Virus record (IMG/VR): IMGVR_UViG_3300050505_000115
Direction: 5' to 3' (one strand)
Source of the DNA: a virus
DNA length: 37,855 nucleotides
The notes under the pieces were generated by a model that had not been told where the DNA came from, did not search any database, and worked only from the letters and a program-made list of their open reading frames with translations. Positions within the stretch are counted from its first letter, which is position 1. Every line of letters starts with the position of its first letter. Below, one piece after another: positions 6,992 to 13,958 of this stretch. The position numbers and the translations under genes were made by a program.

Positions 6992-7227
6992 TAGCGGGCC
7001 TCCTGCGCGAGCCGCAGCCGAGCGAAGGCCGGAGCCTCTTCCCCTAAGAATGCGCCATTCCAGTGGCGCAGCGCGATCTCAAGCGATTGGATGTCGGCGA
7101 GCAATGCTCCCAGGGCCCTAGCGAGCGCGAATTCCTTTCCATCGGCCGCCACGGCATTAGCAGCCCGGCGAACCTCAGAGAGCTTCGCCGCCATCCGCGC
7201 TGCTCCAACCGTCGTCGGAAGGCTCAC
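6991..7227 (-). CDS. Hypothetical Ala-rich helical protein (78 aa)
   Basis: Track ORF. GTGA overlap with the upstream stop. Confidence 0.45.
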   Translation of the reverse strand: MSLPTTVGAARMAAKLSEVRRAANAVAADGKEFALARALGALLADIQSLEIALRHWNGAFLGEEAPAFARLRLAQEAR

Positions 7228-7409
7228 AGCCGCACCGACCCAGCACCGAGGCCCATTTCCTTCGCGGCGCGCTTCACCTCGGTGCGCGCCTCACTCTTCG
7301 TCTGGCCCCAGCAGTCGACGACGACAGCGCCGCCCATGATGAGCGCGGCGATGAAGCCACCCTGCGGGAACCGCCCCGGAACCACCTTGATGACCGTGTT
7401 GTTGAGCAT
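7224..7409 (-). CDS. Hypothetical protein (61 aa), first gene after promoter P1
   Basis: Track ORF 7224..7418 begins at a TTG. ATG 7409 preferred. High GC3. Lies 7 nt downstream of a -10 element. Confidence 0.5.
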   Translation of the reverse strand: MLNNTVIKVVPGRFPQGGFIAALIMGGAVVVDCWGQTKSEARTEVKRAAKEMGLGAGSVRL

Positions 7410-7410
7410 G

Positions 7411-7488
7411 TGTAGCAAGTTAAACCCAGCTTGCTACAGTGTCAACATGGCTTTGCAAGTATTTCACAAGTCGCCGTACTTGCTACAG
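7411..7488. repeat. Operator-like repeats with core CTTGCTACAG
   Basis: TGTAGCAAG (7411-7419, inverted), CTTGCTACAG (7430-7439) and CTTGCTACAG (7479-7488). A further copy, CTTGCTACG, sits at 7743-7751. Extra inverted repeat GCAAGTA/TACTTGC at 7455-7483. Confidence 0.7.
7417..7445 (-). promoter_or_regulatory. Sigma70-like promoter P1 for the leftward early operon
   Basis: On the minus strand: TTGACA (7445-7440), 17 nt, TAACTT (7422-7417). The 9-bp inverted operator repeat brackets the -10. ATG at 7409 implies a near-leaderless mRNA. Confidence 0.5.
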
Positions 7489-7490
7489 AT

Positions 7491-7742
7491 TTAGCCGGCG
7501 ATTTTCGGCCAGACCTTGGCCGGGATGCGGTGCTTTTCCCTGAGGCGGTCGACGTGGGACCGAGGAATCGACCTCGCCCCCGTACACCAGGCGTTCACCG
7601 TCGAGTGACCGACTCCCAGCAGAGCGGCGACGTCCTTGGGGGTTATGTTCGCCTCCAGGAGTGCTTTCTTTGCCGGGGAATCGCTGGTCATCTTCGAGGA
7701 AATCTTCACCCGCTTGCTCACCTGTTCGTTTTCTAGTTCCAT
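7491..7742 (-). CDS. XRE/Cro-type helix-turn-helix regulator (83 aa as drawn; start uncertain)
   Basis: C-terminal ITPKDVAALLGVGHSTVNAWCTG HTH. Track ORF extends to GTG 7925, but GC3 drops upstream of 7760 and a promoter-like element lies at 7756-7784. ATG 7691 is an alternative start. Confidence 0.65.
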   Translation of the reverse strand: MELENEQVSKRVKISSKMTSDSPAKKALLEANITPKDVAALLGVGHSTVNAWCTGARSIPRSHVDRLREKHRIPAKVWPKIAG

Positions 7743-7755
7743 CTTGCTACGGAAC

Positions 7756-7784
7756 ATGCTACGACTTTCGGTGATGGATGACAA
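7756..7784 (-). promoter_or_regulatory. Sigma70-like promoter P2 for the HTH regulator gene
   Basis: On the minus strand: TTGTCA (7784-7779), 17 nt, TAGCAT (7761-7756). Operator-like GTAGCAAG lies between the -10 and ATG 7742. Confidence 0.4.
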
Positions 7785-7955
7785 GGCTGGATCGGCTTCG
7801 ATTTCAGTGGCGAGCTTCCGGCATCGCTCTGCCTGCCGTCGGTGGGCTGCCGCTGCTTTCTCGAGCTTGCCGGCTATCGCGTCGGCTTCTACAGCCTCTT
7901 CCCTGAGCTGCTCAGGCGTAACCACGGATTCGGGACACTACACCCAGGAGGGGCG

Positions 7956-8186
7956 ATGAGCGATGGCGTTGAGTGCCTAATTTGCGGCGTCGAGGAAAAC
8001 GACCACCACGACTTTACGCCGCCTCCGAAGGGATGCGTCTGCGAACCGGCGGGGTGGCGCGGCTCTGACCATGTCCCCGGCATGTGCAAGAACTTCAGCG
8101 CATCCGCGTACGATGAGACCCGCTGCGAGCATTGCGAACACGACGAGGGCTGTCACAAGCCCCAGCACACCCAGGAGGGACCATGA
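7956..8186 (+). CDS. Cys/His-rich small protein (76 aa)
   Basis: In-frame ATG of track ORF 7842..8186, preceded by AGGAGG. Confidence 0.6.
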   Translation: MSDGVECLICGVEENDHHDFTPPPKGCVCEPAGWRGSDHVPGMCKNFSASAYDETRCEHCEHDEGCHKPQHTQEGP

Positions 8187-8208
8187 AGGAACAGGGGAGA
8201 GAGCCGCA

Positions 8209-8316
8209 ATGCTTCTGATCGGCCTCGCATTGGGGATTCCCGTCGGCGTCGTGCTCATGCTGTTCGTGGCGAAGGTTGCCGAGGTGATCGCGTTCCGCAA
8301 CTACTGGGGCCCCTGA
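8209..8316 (+). CDS. 35-aa single-pass membrane peptide (below ORF-track cutoff as a separate gene)
   Basis: MLLIGLALGIPVGVVLMLFVAKVAEVIAFRNYWGP. GGGGAGAGAG upstream. Confidence 0.45.
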   Translation: MLLIGLALGIPVGVVLMLFVAKVAEVIAFRNYWGP

Positions 8317-8343
8317 GCCCACCCATACCGAGGGAGGAGAGCG

Positions 8344-8523
8344 ATGGACGACGAGACGACCCCGACAATCGGCACGCGCGACAGCAAGAAGTTCAAGTGC
8401 TGCAACCATCCCGACAGACCCGCCCGGCTGCCGAGTCATGTTCTCTGCGCTGAGTGCTTCGCTGCCCTCGACGTCAGGATGAAGGCACTTGCGGATGTTG
8501 TCGGGAAGGCCCGGACACCATGA
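8344..8523 (+). CDS. 59-aa Cys-rich protein (not in ORF track)
   Basis: Hand translation gives MDDETTPTIGTRDSKKFKCCNHPD...LCAECF... GGGAGGAG SD. Its stop overlaps the next ATG (ATGA). Confidence 0.55.
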   Translation: MDDETTPTIGTRDSKKFKCCNHPDRPARLPSHVLCAECFAALDVRMKALADVVGKARTP

Positions 8524-8756
8524 GGGGCGCGCGGGCCAGTCGAGAGGAGCAACGAACGCGCGAGATGGCGCACGAATTCCTCTACGGCATCGATGACGGG
8601 CGACTGAACCCGTACCCGCTATGCCGAGACGGGCACCACAACGGCGTGTGTGACCGCGCCGCTGATTTCCTGCGGCGTGCAGGCCGGGAGTTGCAGCCCC
8701 GGGGCAAGACGAAGATTTGGCCGATGCCGTCCCGCTCATCCCGGAGGGCTCGGTGA
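8520..8756 (+). CDS. Hypothetical protein (78 aa)
   Basis: In-frame ATG of track ORF 8454..8756. ATGA overlap with the upstream stop. Confidence 0.5.
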   Translation: MRGARASREEQRTREMAHEFLYGIDDGRLNPYPLCRDGHHNGVCDRAADFLRRAGRELQPRGKTKIWPMPSRSSRRAR

Positions 8757-8770
8757 GCCGCTAATAGGTG

Positions 8771-8799
8771 TTGACATCAATTCGGCAGGCTGCTAGCTT
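8771..8799 (+). promoter_or_regulatory. Sigma70-like promoter P3 for the rightward operon 8822-11632
   Basis: TTGACA (8771-8776), 17 nt, TAGCTT (8794-8799), in a lower-GC 65-bp gap. AGGAGG at 8807-8812, 9 nt before ATG 8822. Confidence 0.6.
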
Positions 8800-8821
8800 A
8801 GAGGGTAGGAGGTAACGGACC

Positions 8822-9217
8822 ATGGACAAGGCAGCGTTGAAAGAGTGGGCACAGGCGAATGTGTGGATGGCGCGGCAGCTCGCGGCGGCGATGTCGTTCG
8901 AGCCCTGCGTGATCATCGGGTGCTCGCAGGAAGCCGGCCACGAGGGGAACCACGACAAGAATGAGCCGGTCTGCAAGTGCGGCGCGCCGCTGTGTCTCGA
9001 AGGTACCTGCATGGCGCACTGCGATCACGCGGTTGACGACGGTGGAGCGGCAGTCCCCGCTCCCTCAGCTTCGGAGGGTGGTCCGAAGGCCGTCACTACT
9101 CGTTACGGCGAATCGGTCTGCCCGGAATGTGGCGGCACGTCTGATTGGGCACCGTTCCCTGCGTGTGGGACGTGCAAGGAAGGCGAGCAGGGCATCGAAT
9201 CGGACGGGATGCCATGA
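8822..9217 (+). CDS. Cys-rich protein (131 aa)
   Basis: Track ORF with strong SD. Multiple CxC/CxxC pairs (CKCGAPLC, CPECGG, CGTC). Confidence 0.7.
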   Translation: MDKAALKEWAQANVWMARQLAAAMSFEPCVIIGCSQEAGHEGNHDKNEPVCKCGAPLCLEGTCMAHCDHAVDDGGAAVPAPSASEGGPKAVTTRYGESVCPECGGTSDWAPFPACGTCKEGEQGIESDGMP

Positions 9218-9438
9218 GTCCGTGGGTTGGCAAGTCGATGGACCGTAAACGAACGCGGCGGCAAATCGCTGATGCCGCCCGTATAGCCAGGGCGATGAAG
9301 GACGTACCGCCAGAGCGTCGCATGGATGCGGTCGCAACAGCCGTGGACGCCTTCGTTCAAACCGGCGGACACCTTTGCGTTGATATCGACTATCCGCCGG
9401 GGCCGCCCGCGCGACGCCCCTGGAAGGCCAAGCGATGA
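9214..9438 (+). CDS. Hypothetical protein (74 aa)
   Basis: In-frame ATG of track ORF 9145..9438. ATGA overlap. Confidence 0.5.
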   Translation: MSPWVGKSMDRKRTRRQIADAARIARAMKDVPPERRMDAVATAVDAFVQTGGHLCVDIDYPPGPPARRPWKAKR

Positions 9439-9710
9439 ATCCACACGCCATCCGGTGTCCGAAGTGCGGCGCTGCCCCTGGTGAGCCGTGCATGGTCGCC
9501 GGGACAATCACGCGAGCGCAGAGCCCGCATAAGTGGCGGCTGCGCAAGGTCGGCCACCCCACCACAACCGGCTCGGCCTCGGTGCCTCCGGTCTTCTACC
9601 GCGTGAGCGCCGAGCAACACGCCGAGCTGAGAGCCGAGGGGCGGAAGTCGAAGCCCCAGCTCGGCCCCAACGCAGTGGCGAAGCGGCGCGCCTTCCCCGA
9701 GAAGCCGTGA
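9435..9710 (+). CDS. Small zinc-finger protein (91 aa; CPKCGAAPGEPC)
   Basis: Track ORF. ATGA overlap. The N-terminal CPxCGAxPGxPC...H motif is common in small phage DNA-binding zinc fingers. Confidence 0.6.
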   Translation: MNPHAIRCPKCGAAPGEPCMVAGTITRAQSPHKWRLRKVGHPTTTGSASVPPVFYRVSAEQHAELRAEGRKSKPQLGPNAVAKRRAFPEKP

Positions 9711-9741
9711 CCCGCCCACTCAGAAAGAAAGAGAGACGACG

Positions 9742-9981
9742 ATGAGTCGTGACATCGCTGGCTGGCAAAGGCGCTTTTACGCGCAGCCGAAAATCTACGA
9801 GGTCCTCGTGCGCGACGAGTCTACGGGGAACTTCTACACCTCGGAGGAAGGCGCCGAGATTGAGGCTGCGTGGAGACGGGCCAGGAAGGAACGCGCCCGG
9901 GTCGTCTACCACAACCTGCACAGCGACGAGCTGTCGCGCGAGAGATGGCTTGAACCCAGCGACCCGGAGCCCACCCCATGA
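9742..9981 (+). CDS. Hypothetical protein (79 aa)
   Basis: Track ORF. Purine-rich leader CAGAAAGAAAGAG lies 8 nt upstream of the ATG. Confidence 0.6.
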   Translation: MSRDIAGWQRRFYAQPKIYEVLVRDESTGNFYTSEEGAEIEAAWRRARKERARVVYHNLHSDELSRERWLEPSDPEPTP

Positions 9982-10190
9982 CCGCCACCAAGGGGAGCGA
10001 GCCAATGCCGCGCGACCCGCACGGCGGAGAACTGTACACCCTGCGATGGCTGCTCTCCTGGGCGCGGAGTGACATTTCTTGGCCGCCGCCGGAATATGAT
10101 GCGTGGGCAGAACTTGCCGACGACGGGGCTGACGCTGACGTCGCTGCGATAATCGAAAGCGCGCTTTGGAGCGAAGGGAGCCGCCCATGA
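9978..10190 (+). CDS. Hypothetical acidic protein (70 aa)
   Basis: Track ORF. ATGA overlap. Confidence 0.5.
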   Translation: MTATKGSEPMPRDPHGGELYTLRWLLSWARSDISWPPPEYDAWAELADDGADADVAAIIESALWSEGSRP

Positions 10191-10678
10191 CCACCAGTGC
10201 CACCAAGGGGAAGGCTGCGAGGGAAGTGGCACACGATTGGTTCCCGGCGAATTGTCTGTTTGGAACGACACGCGTTCACTCCGCCGTGTGCGACCGTGTC
10301 ACCGAGATGCTCGAAGCCCGCGACACCCAGCAAGCCGCCATACACGAAGAGGAACTCATGGAGGCGAGGGAGCTGCTGGGACGGTGGATACTCGTTTGGG
10401 AGCAGGGCGCCAGCGCTGCTGGGCTGTTGCCTGCCGCGACCCGCGACTTCCTCGGCGCATCCCGGCAGACCGGGACGCCGCACAACATGGCCGACCACGT
10501 CGCTTACGTCCATCTATGCGACCACCCCGACTGCAAGGCAGAAGTCCAGCGCGCCAGCAGCACGCCAGCGGGGAGCGGGACGGCCGAGACGTGCGCGGGC
10601 TGCGATGCGATTGCCCGCGGGCGAACCATCGCCATGCACGATGCAGATTGCGCCGTGTACGCGAAAGGCAAGACGTGA
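10187..10678 (+). CDS. Hypothetical protein (163 aa) with C-terminal Cys/His cluster
   Basis: In-frame ATG of track ORF 10166..10678. ATGA overlap. Confidence 0.55.
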   Translation: MTTSATKGKAAREVAHDWFPANCLFGTTRVHSAVCDRVTEMLEARDTQQAAIHEEELMEARELLGRWILVWEQGASAAGLLPAATRDFLGASRQTGTPHNMADHVAYVHLCDHPDCKAEVQRASSTPAGSGTAETCAGCDAIARGRTIAMHDADCAVYAKGKT

Positions 10679-10824
10679 CAAAGGGCGAGCTGCGGCGGCT
10701 GAGGGCGTTCATAAACAGGACTGCGAGGGAAGTCGCGCGCTGGCCGAGATGGATGGTTGGCAAGGCAGACCCGAAACGCCCCGACTGCGGCGGTAGCGGG
10801 ACTACCAAGGGAGGGAAGCGATGA
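10675..10824 (+). CDS. 49-aa basic protein (below ORF-track cutoff as a separate gene)
   Basis: GTGA overlap at the start and ATGA overlap at the end. In frame with track ORF 10237..10824. Confidence 0.4.
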   Translation: MTKGELRRLRAFINRTAREVARWPRWMVGKADPKRPDCGGSGTTKGGKR

Positions 10825-11297
10825 GCGACGAGGTTTGCGACGTCTGCGGCCGTCCAGTATGGCCGAAACGGTCAGGTCGCGGTCCTGACTACTGGGAATG
10901 TGACGACAAAAACGGCGTGGAGTGTCAGCTGTCCAGGGACCTAACCGCCGCCCGCCAGCGCATCGCCGAGCTGGAGAGGGCGCTGAACGCCATCGAGGGC
11001 TACGACATCGACTGGGCGAAAGGCACGGGTGATAACGTTAACGCCATCGCTGAAATCGCTCGCCGCTCTCTGGCAGCGGAGCGATTGCGCATGCTGAAAC
11101 GCATCGACGCTTCCTTTGACGCCACCTCGCCCGCCCCTGTTCCTACGGTGTGCGCGCCAGGATGCGGAGGGTACGCCGACGATGTCCCCGAGGGGCTATG
11201 GTTCTTGCGCGGCATAGGCGACGGGGCTTGCTACTGCACCCCCGCCTGCCGAGACGCCGGTCGGCCGCTCCATCCAGCTACTCCGGGTGAGCGATGA
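10821..11297 (+). CDS. Cys-rich protein (158 aa)
   Basis: Track ORF. CDVCG N-terminus and a central coiled segment. Confidence 0.6.
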   Translation: MSDEVCDVCGRPVWPKRSGRGPDYWECDDKNGVECQLSRDLTAARQRIAELERALNAIEGYDIDWAKGTGDNVNAIAEIARRSLAAERLRMLKRIDASFDATSPAPVPTVCAPGCGGYADDVPEGLWFLRGIGDGACYCTPACRDAGRPLHPATPGER

Positions 11298-11632
11298 CCG
11301 ACGCTGAGAAGGATTGGCTGCTAGCCCATCGCGAAGTGAACGCGATCCTAAACGGGTCGCTGGCGAAGTCTGCGGCCGGCGCACTCCTGCATCCGTGCCG
11401 CTGGAAATTGGATGCTGGCGGGGTTCTCAGGCAAGGCGCTGAGCCCACCGAGTGGCGTTGCGATTCGTGCGGGACCGCCTACCAGGACAGGGGCGGCGGA
11501 TTCTGCACGCACAAGTTCTGCCCTGCCGCCATTCGTGCGGATGTGGCAAACACGGCGTTCAAGGCCGTCGAGGAATTCGTGAACAAGCGCATCAACGGCG
11601 GCCCCATTACTCCGGGTGAGCCGAAGCCCTAG
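11294..11632 (+). CDS. Cys-rich protein (112 aa)
   Basis: Track ORF. ATGA overlap. CDSCG...C..H..C. Confidence 0.6.
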   Translation: MTDAEKDWLLAHREVNAILNGSLAKSAAGALLHPCRWKLDAGGVLRQGAEPTEWRCDSCGTAYQDRGGGFCTHKFCPAAIRADVANTAFKAVEEFVNKRINGGPITPGEPKP

Positions 11633-11889
11633 CGCGGGTAGAGCTGCACACACTTCCGGTGCGTCGGGCTGTAGTTCGCGCACCACCACCACGGATTCTC
11701 AGCCCCGGGCCTCGACCGCACGCACCGCTCCAGGCCGATGGCCAGGGCGACTTGGTCGAAGTCGTCTTCGAACACGACGGCCCCGCACTCGGTACACCTC
11801 GGGGGCTCGATGGGCGTGATCTCACCGCTCTCGGTCAGCGGGGTCCCGTCCAAGATCGTCGGGTCATCGTCCCCGAAGTCATCTCCCAT
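11629..11889 (-). CDS. Hypothetical acidic protein (86 aa), last gene of the minus-strand array
   Basis: Track ORF. Its stop overlaps the convergent plus-strand stop in a CTAG. Confidence 0.45.
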   Translation of the reverse strand: MGDDFGDDDPTILDGTPLTESGEITPIEPPRCTECGAVVFEDDFDQVALAIGLERCVRSRPGAENPWWWCANYSPTHRKCVQLYPR

Positions 11890-12112
11890 GCCGGTCCTCT
11901 ACGGTACCGGGAATGGGAAACGCAACGGAGGCGATGAGGATGGCCGTTCGACGGGAGAGGCCTCGCAGGGCCGTAAGCTCGTCGGAAGAAAGGCCGCCAG
12001 GTCGCTCAGCAGCTCGGCCGAACGCTCCCGCCAAAGCCTCAAGCGCAGTTTTGCATTCTCGGAACACGGCTCGTTCGACTTCGAGATCGCTGTTTGGTTC
12101 ATTTGGTTCCAT
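11879..12112 (-). CDS. Hypothetical protein (77 aa; start uncertain)
   Basis: Internal ATG of track ORF 11879..12151. Lower GC3 than its neighbours. No SD. Confidence 0.3.
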   Translation of the reverse strand: MEPNEPNSDLEVERAVFRECKTALEALAGAFGRAAERPGGLSSDELTALRGLSRRTAILIASVAFPIPGTVEDRHGR

Positions 12113-12338
12113 CGCTGGGCTCAAAAGGTGACGGCGGCTTACCCTTGGCACGCTGGCGCAGCAGCATCGGCCCTAGCGCCATCCCGGCAACGCCCGAGCA
12201 GATCGTATTCGCGAGCTGGACGACGCCGAAGAACATCTCCCGGCCACCAGCTTCAGGAGACGCGGAGCGCACAATCCACACGCACGCCACTACCATGGCG
12301 GCGGCGATCAGGAGGGCGGCTACGTGGTGCCAGGTCAC
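12099..12338 (-). CDS. Holin-like two-TM membrane protein (79 aa)
   Basis: Two hydrophobic segments (VAALLIAAAMVVACVWIV; FFGVVQLANTICSGVAGMALGPMLL) and a charged C-terminus. GTGA overlap with the SGNH stop. Confidence 0.45.
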   Translation of the reverse strand: MTWHHVAALLIAAAMVVACVWIVRSASPEAGGREMFFGVVQLANTICSGVAGMALGPMLLRQRAKGKPPSPFEPSDGTK

Positions 12339-13060
12339 GCGAAGGTCAGCAGCGGAACCGTGAAGCTGGACAGCAGGTTGTCACCCGACGTGACGTTGGC
12401 GCTTGTCGGCGCTGACGTCGGGTGCGTGCCGTCAGACGTGTAGATTCCCGTCGTCGCGTGAGTCGGGTTCGTGGTCGCGTTCAGCGCGTTGATCCGGCAC
12501 GTCCGCCAGGAGACGAAAGCGCAATCACTGGATAGGGCCGCCATCGCCGCCGCAAGTTGCGTGTCCTTGTCCCTGATTCCGTCGAGGACCGTGTCGAAGG
12601 CGTTTGCGCCGTCCGGCCAGTTCTCGAAGGTGAACCCGGGGCCGATCCAGATCAGCAGCTTGAAAAACGGCGCCGCACGGATCGCGCTGACAACGGTATT
12701 GACCTGAGTAGCGAACGTCGCGGCCGGAACGAGCGCGGCAACATCGTTCGTGCCGAGCTGGACGATGTAGACGTTCGTCCGCAAAGCGATGAATGGGGCC
12801 AGCGTCGTCGCAATGGTCCCGGAGATGTCGCCGACCTTCCGCCCCGGCGAGGCGTCGATCGCGAAGCTGGGATACCTCTGCGCCATGTAGCCGACTGGCT
12901 GGCGGAGCGGGTTGACACCGGACACGGGGCCAAAGTTCTGCACCGCGACCGACGGCATAAAATTGAACATCCACCCATCGGTCGAACCGAAGCCGGAACT
13001 GATCGAATCACCGATCACCCCGATGACGTCGGAACGCAGGATTTTCTTTGGCGTTGCCAT
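12335..13060 (-). CDS. SGNH/GDSL-family hydrolase (esterase)
   Basis: Block I VIGDSISSG, block III QLGTNDV, block V DGTHPT. Sits directly after the tail-fibre genes. Confidence 0.75.
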   Translation of the reverse strand: MATPKKILRSDVIGVIGDSISSGFGSTDGWMFNFMPSVAVQNFGPVSGVNPLRQPVGYMAQRYPSFAIDASPGRKVGDISGTIATTLAPFIALRTNVYIVQLGTNDVAALVPAATFATQVNTVVSAIRAAPFFKLLIWIGPGFTFENWPDGANAFDTVLDGIRDKDTQLAAAMAALSSDCAFVSWRTCRINALNATTNPTHATTGIYTSDGTHPTSAPTSANVTSGDNLLSSFTVPLLTFA

Positions 13061-13948
13061 CTATGTCCTCGGTCCCGCCCCGTACAGGTAGTCGCAGAGC
13101 ATCGTGGTGACGGTCGTGTCCGTCGCCATCAACCATTGGTTCGGGTGAAAGCCTACGTTCGACCCGGGTGGCGTTGTGGGGATCTGATTCAGGTTCTGAG
13201 TCGTCCAGGTCGCCACGGTTCCATCGGGCGCATAGGCCCGCGCCGTGATCGTTCGCGCCCCGTCGTACTCCAGCGCGTAAGATTGCATCGTCGACGTCCA
13301 TGGAATCGTCGACGTCTGCACTAGGATCGTCGCGGCGCTGCACGCAATGAGAGATAGAAACGAAACATTGCCGCCGGCAAAGGTCGTTCCAACCAACCCG
13401 AACCCAACGAACGTATTGCCCGTGATGGCCCCGCCGGGCACTTGGATGACGCCGGCGGACGTGAGCGCAATCGAACATGGGAGTAGCAGGCTATTCGCGC
13501 CGTGTGTTTCGATCGCGGCTCGCCCTTCGACGTACCAGGCGCTCGTCTTCGGGTTGATCAGCGTCGGCAGATGCTCGGTCGCGGGCAGGCCGTTTTGGTT
13601 GTAGTACGGCAGGATTTCGGCGACACCGGGCCCCGTTGCCTGCGTCGTCAGCCGTCGCTTGCCGCCACTCTCCGTATTGACGACCGCGGTGGAATTGGTG
13701 TTGAGAGAGAATGAGACGCTGTGATCGGCCGCGCCGGTCAGGTCGGTCCAGTATTCAGCGAAACCGTCCGGCAATACGCGCGAGGCCGAGACGCGGCAGA
13801 TCGACTGCATGTCGTTCCCGCCGGCAATCGGCGGTTTTGACCCATCCGACTTGAGCTGCTTCACGACTCCGTCGACGTCGACGATGATCACCCGCGTCCC
13901 AGGCGGCGGGATCGTCGGTGTCTCGCGCTCGTTGAGATAGACCGGCAT
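13061..13948 (-). CDS. Tail fibre / receptor-binding protein, paralog 2 (295 aa)
   Basis: Internal ATG of track ORF 13061..14149. N-terminus MPVYLNE...VDVDGVVKQLKSDGSKP parallels paralog 1. Shared WYV and DYLY motifs. Confidence 0.6.
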   Translation of the reverse strand: MPVYLNERETPTIPPPGTRVIIVDVDGVVKQLKSDGSKPPIAGGNDMQSICRVSASRVLPDGFAEYWTDLTGAADHSVSFSLNTNSTAVVNTESGGKRRLTTQATGPGVAEILPYYNQNGLPATEHLPTLINPKTSAWYVEGRAAIETHGANSLLLPCSIALTSAGVIQVPGGAITGNTFVGFGLVGTTFAGGNVSFLSLIACSAATILVQTSTIPWTSTMQSYALEYDGARTITARAYAPDGTVATWTTQNLNQIPTTPPGSNVGFHPNQWLMATDTTVTTMLCDYLYGAGPRT

Positions 13949-13958
13949 GTGCGACTGC

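Noticed and set aside
7411-7438. The 9-bp inverted repeat TGTAGCAAG-N10-CTTGCTACA as a rho-independent terminator after the HTH gene
   Set aside because: No U-tract follows on either strand. The same decamer recurs as direct copies, and the repeat brackets a -10 element, so an operator reading fits better.
7743-7925. N-terminal extension of the HTH ORF to GTG 7925 (144-aa version)
   Set aside because: It would leave only 30 bp for divergent control. GC3 is clearly lower than in the HTH-encoding part, and a promoter-like element plus an operator copy lie inside it. The extension is not excluded, so it is flagged as uncertain.
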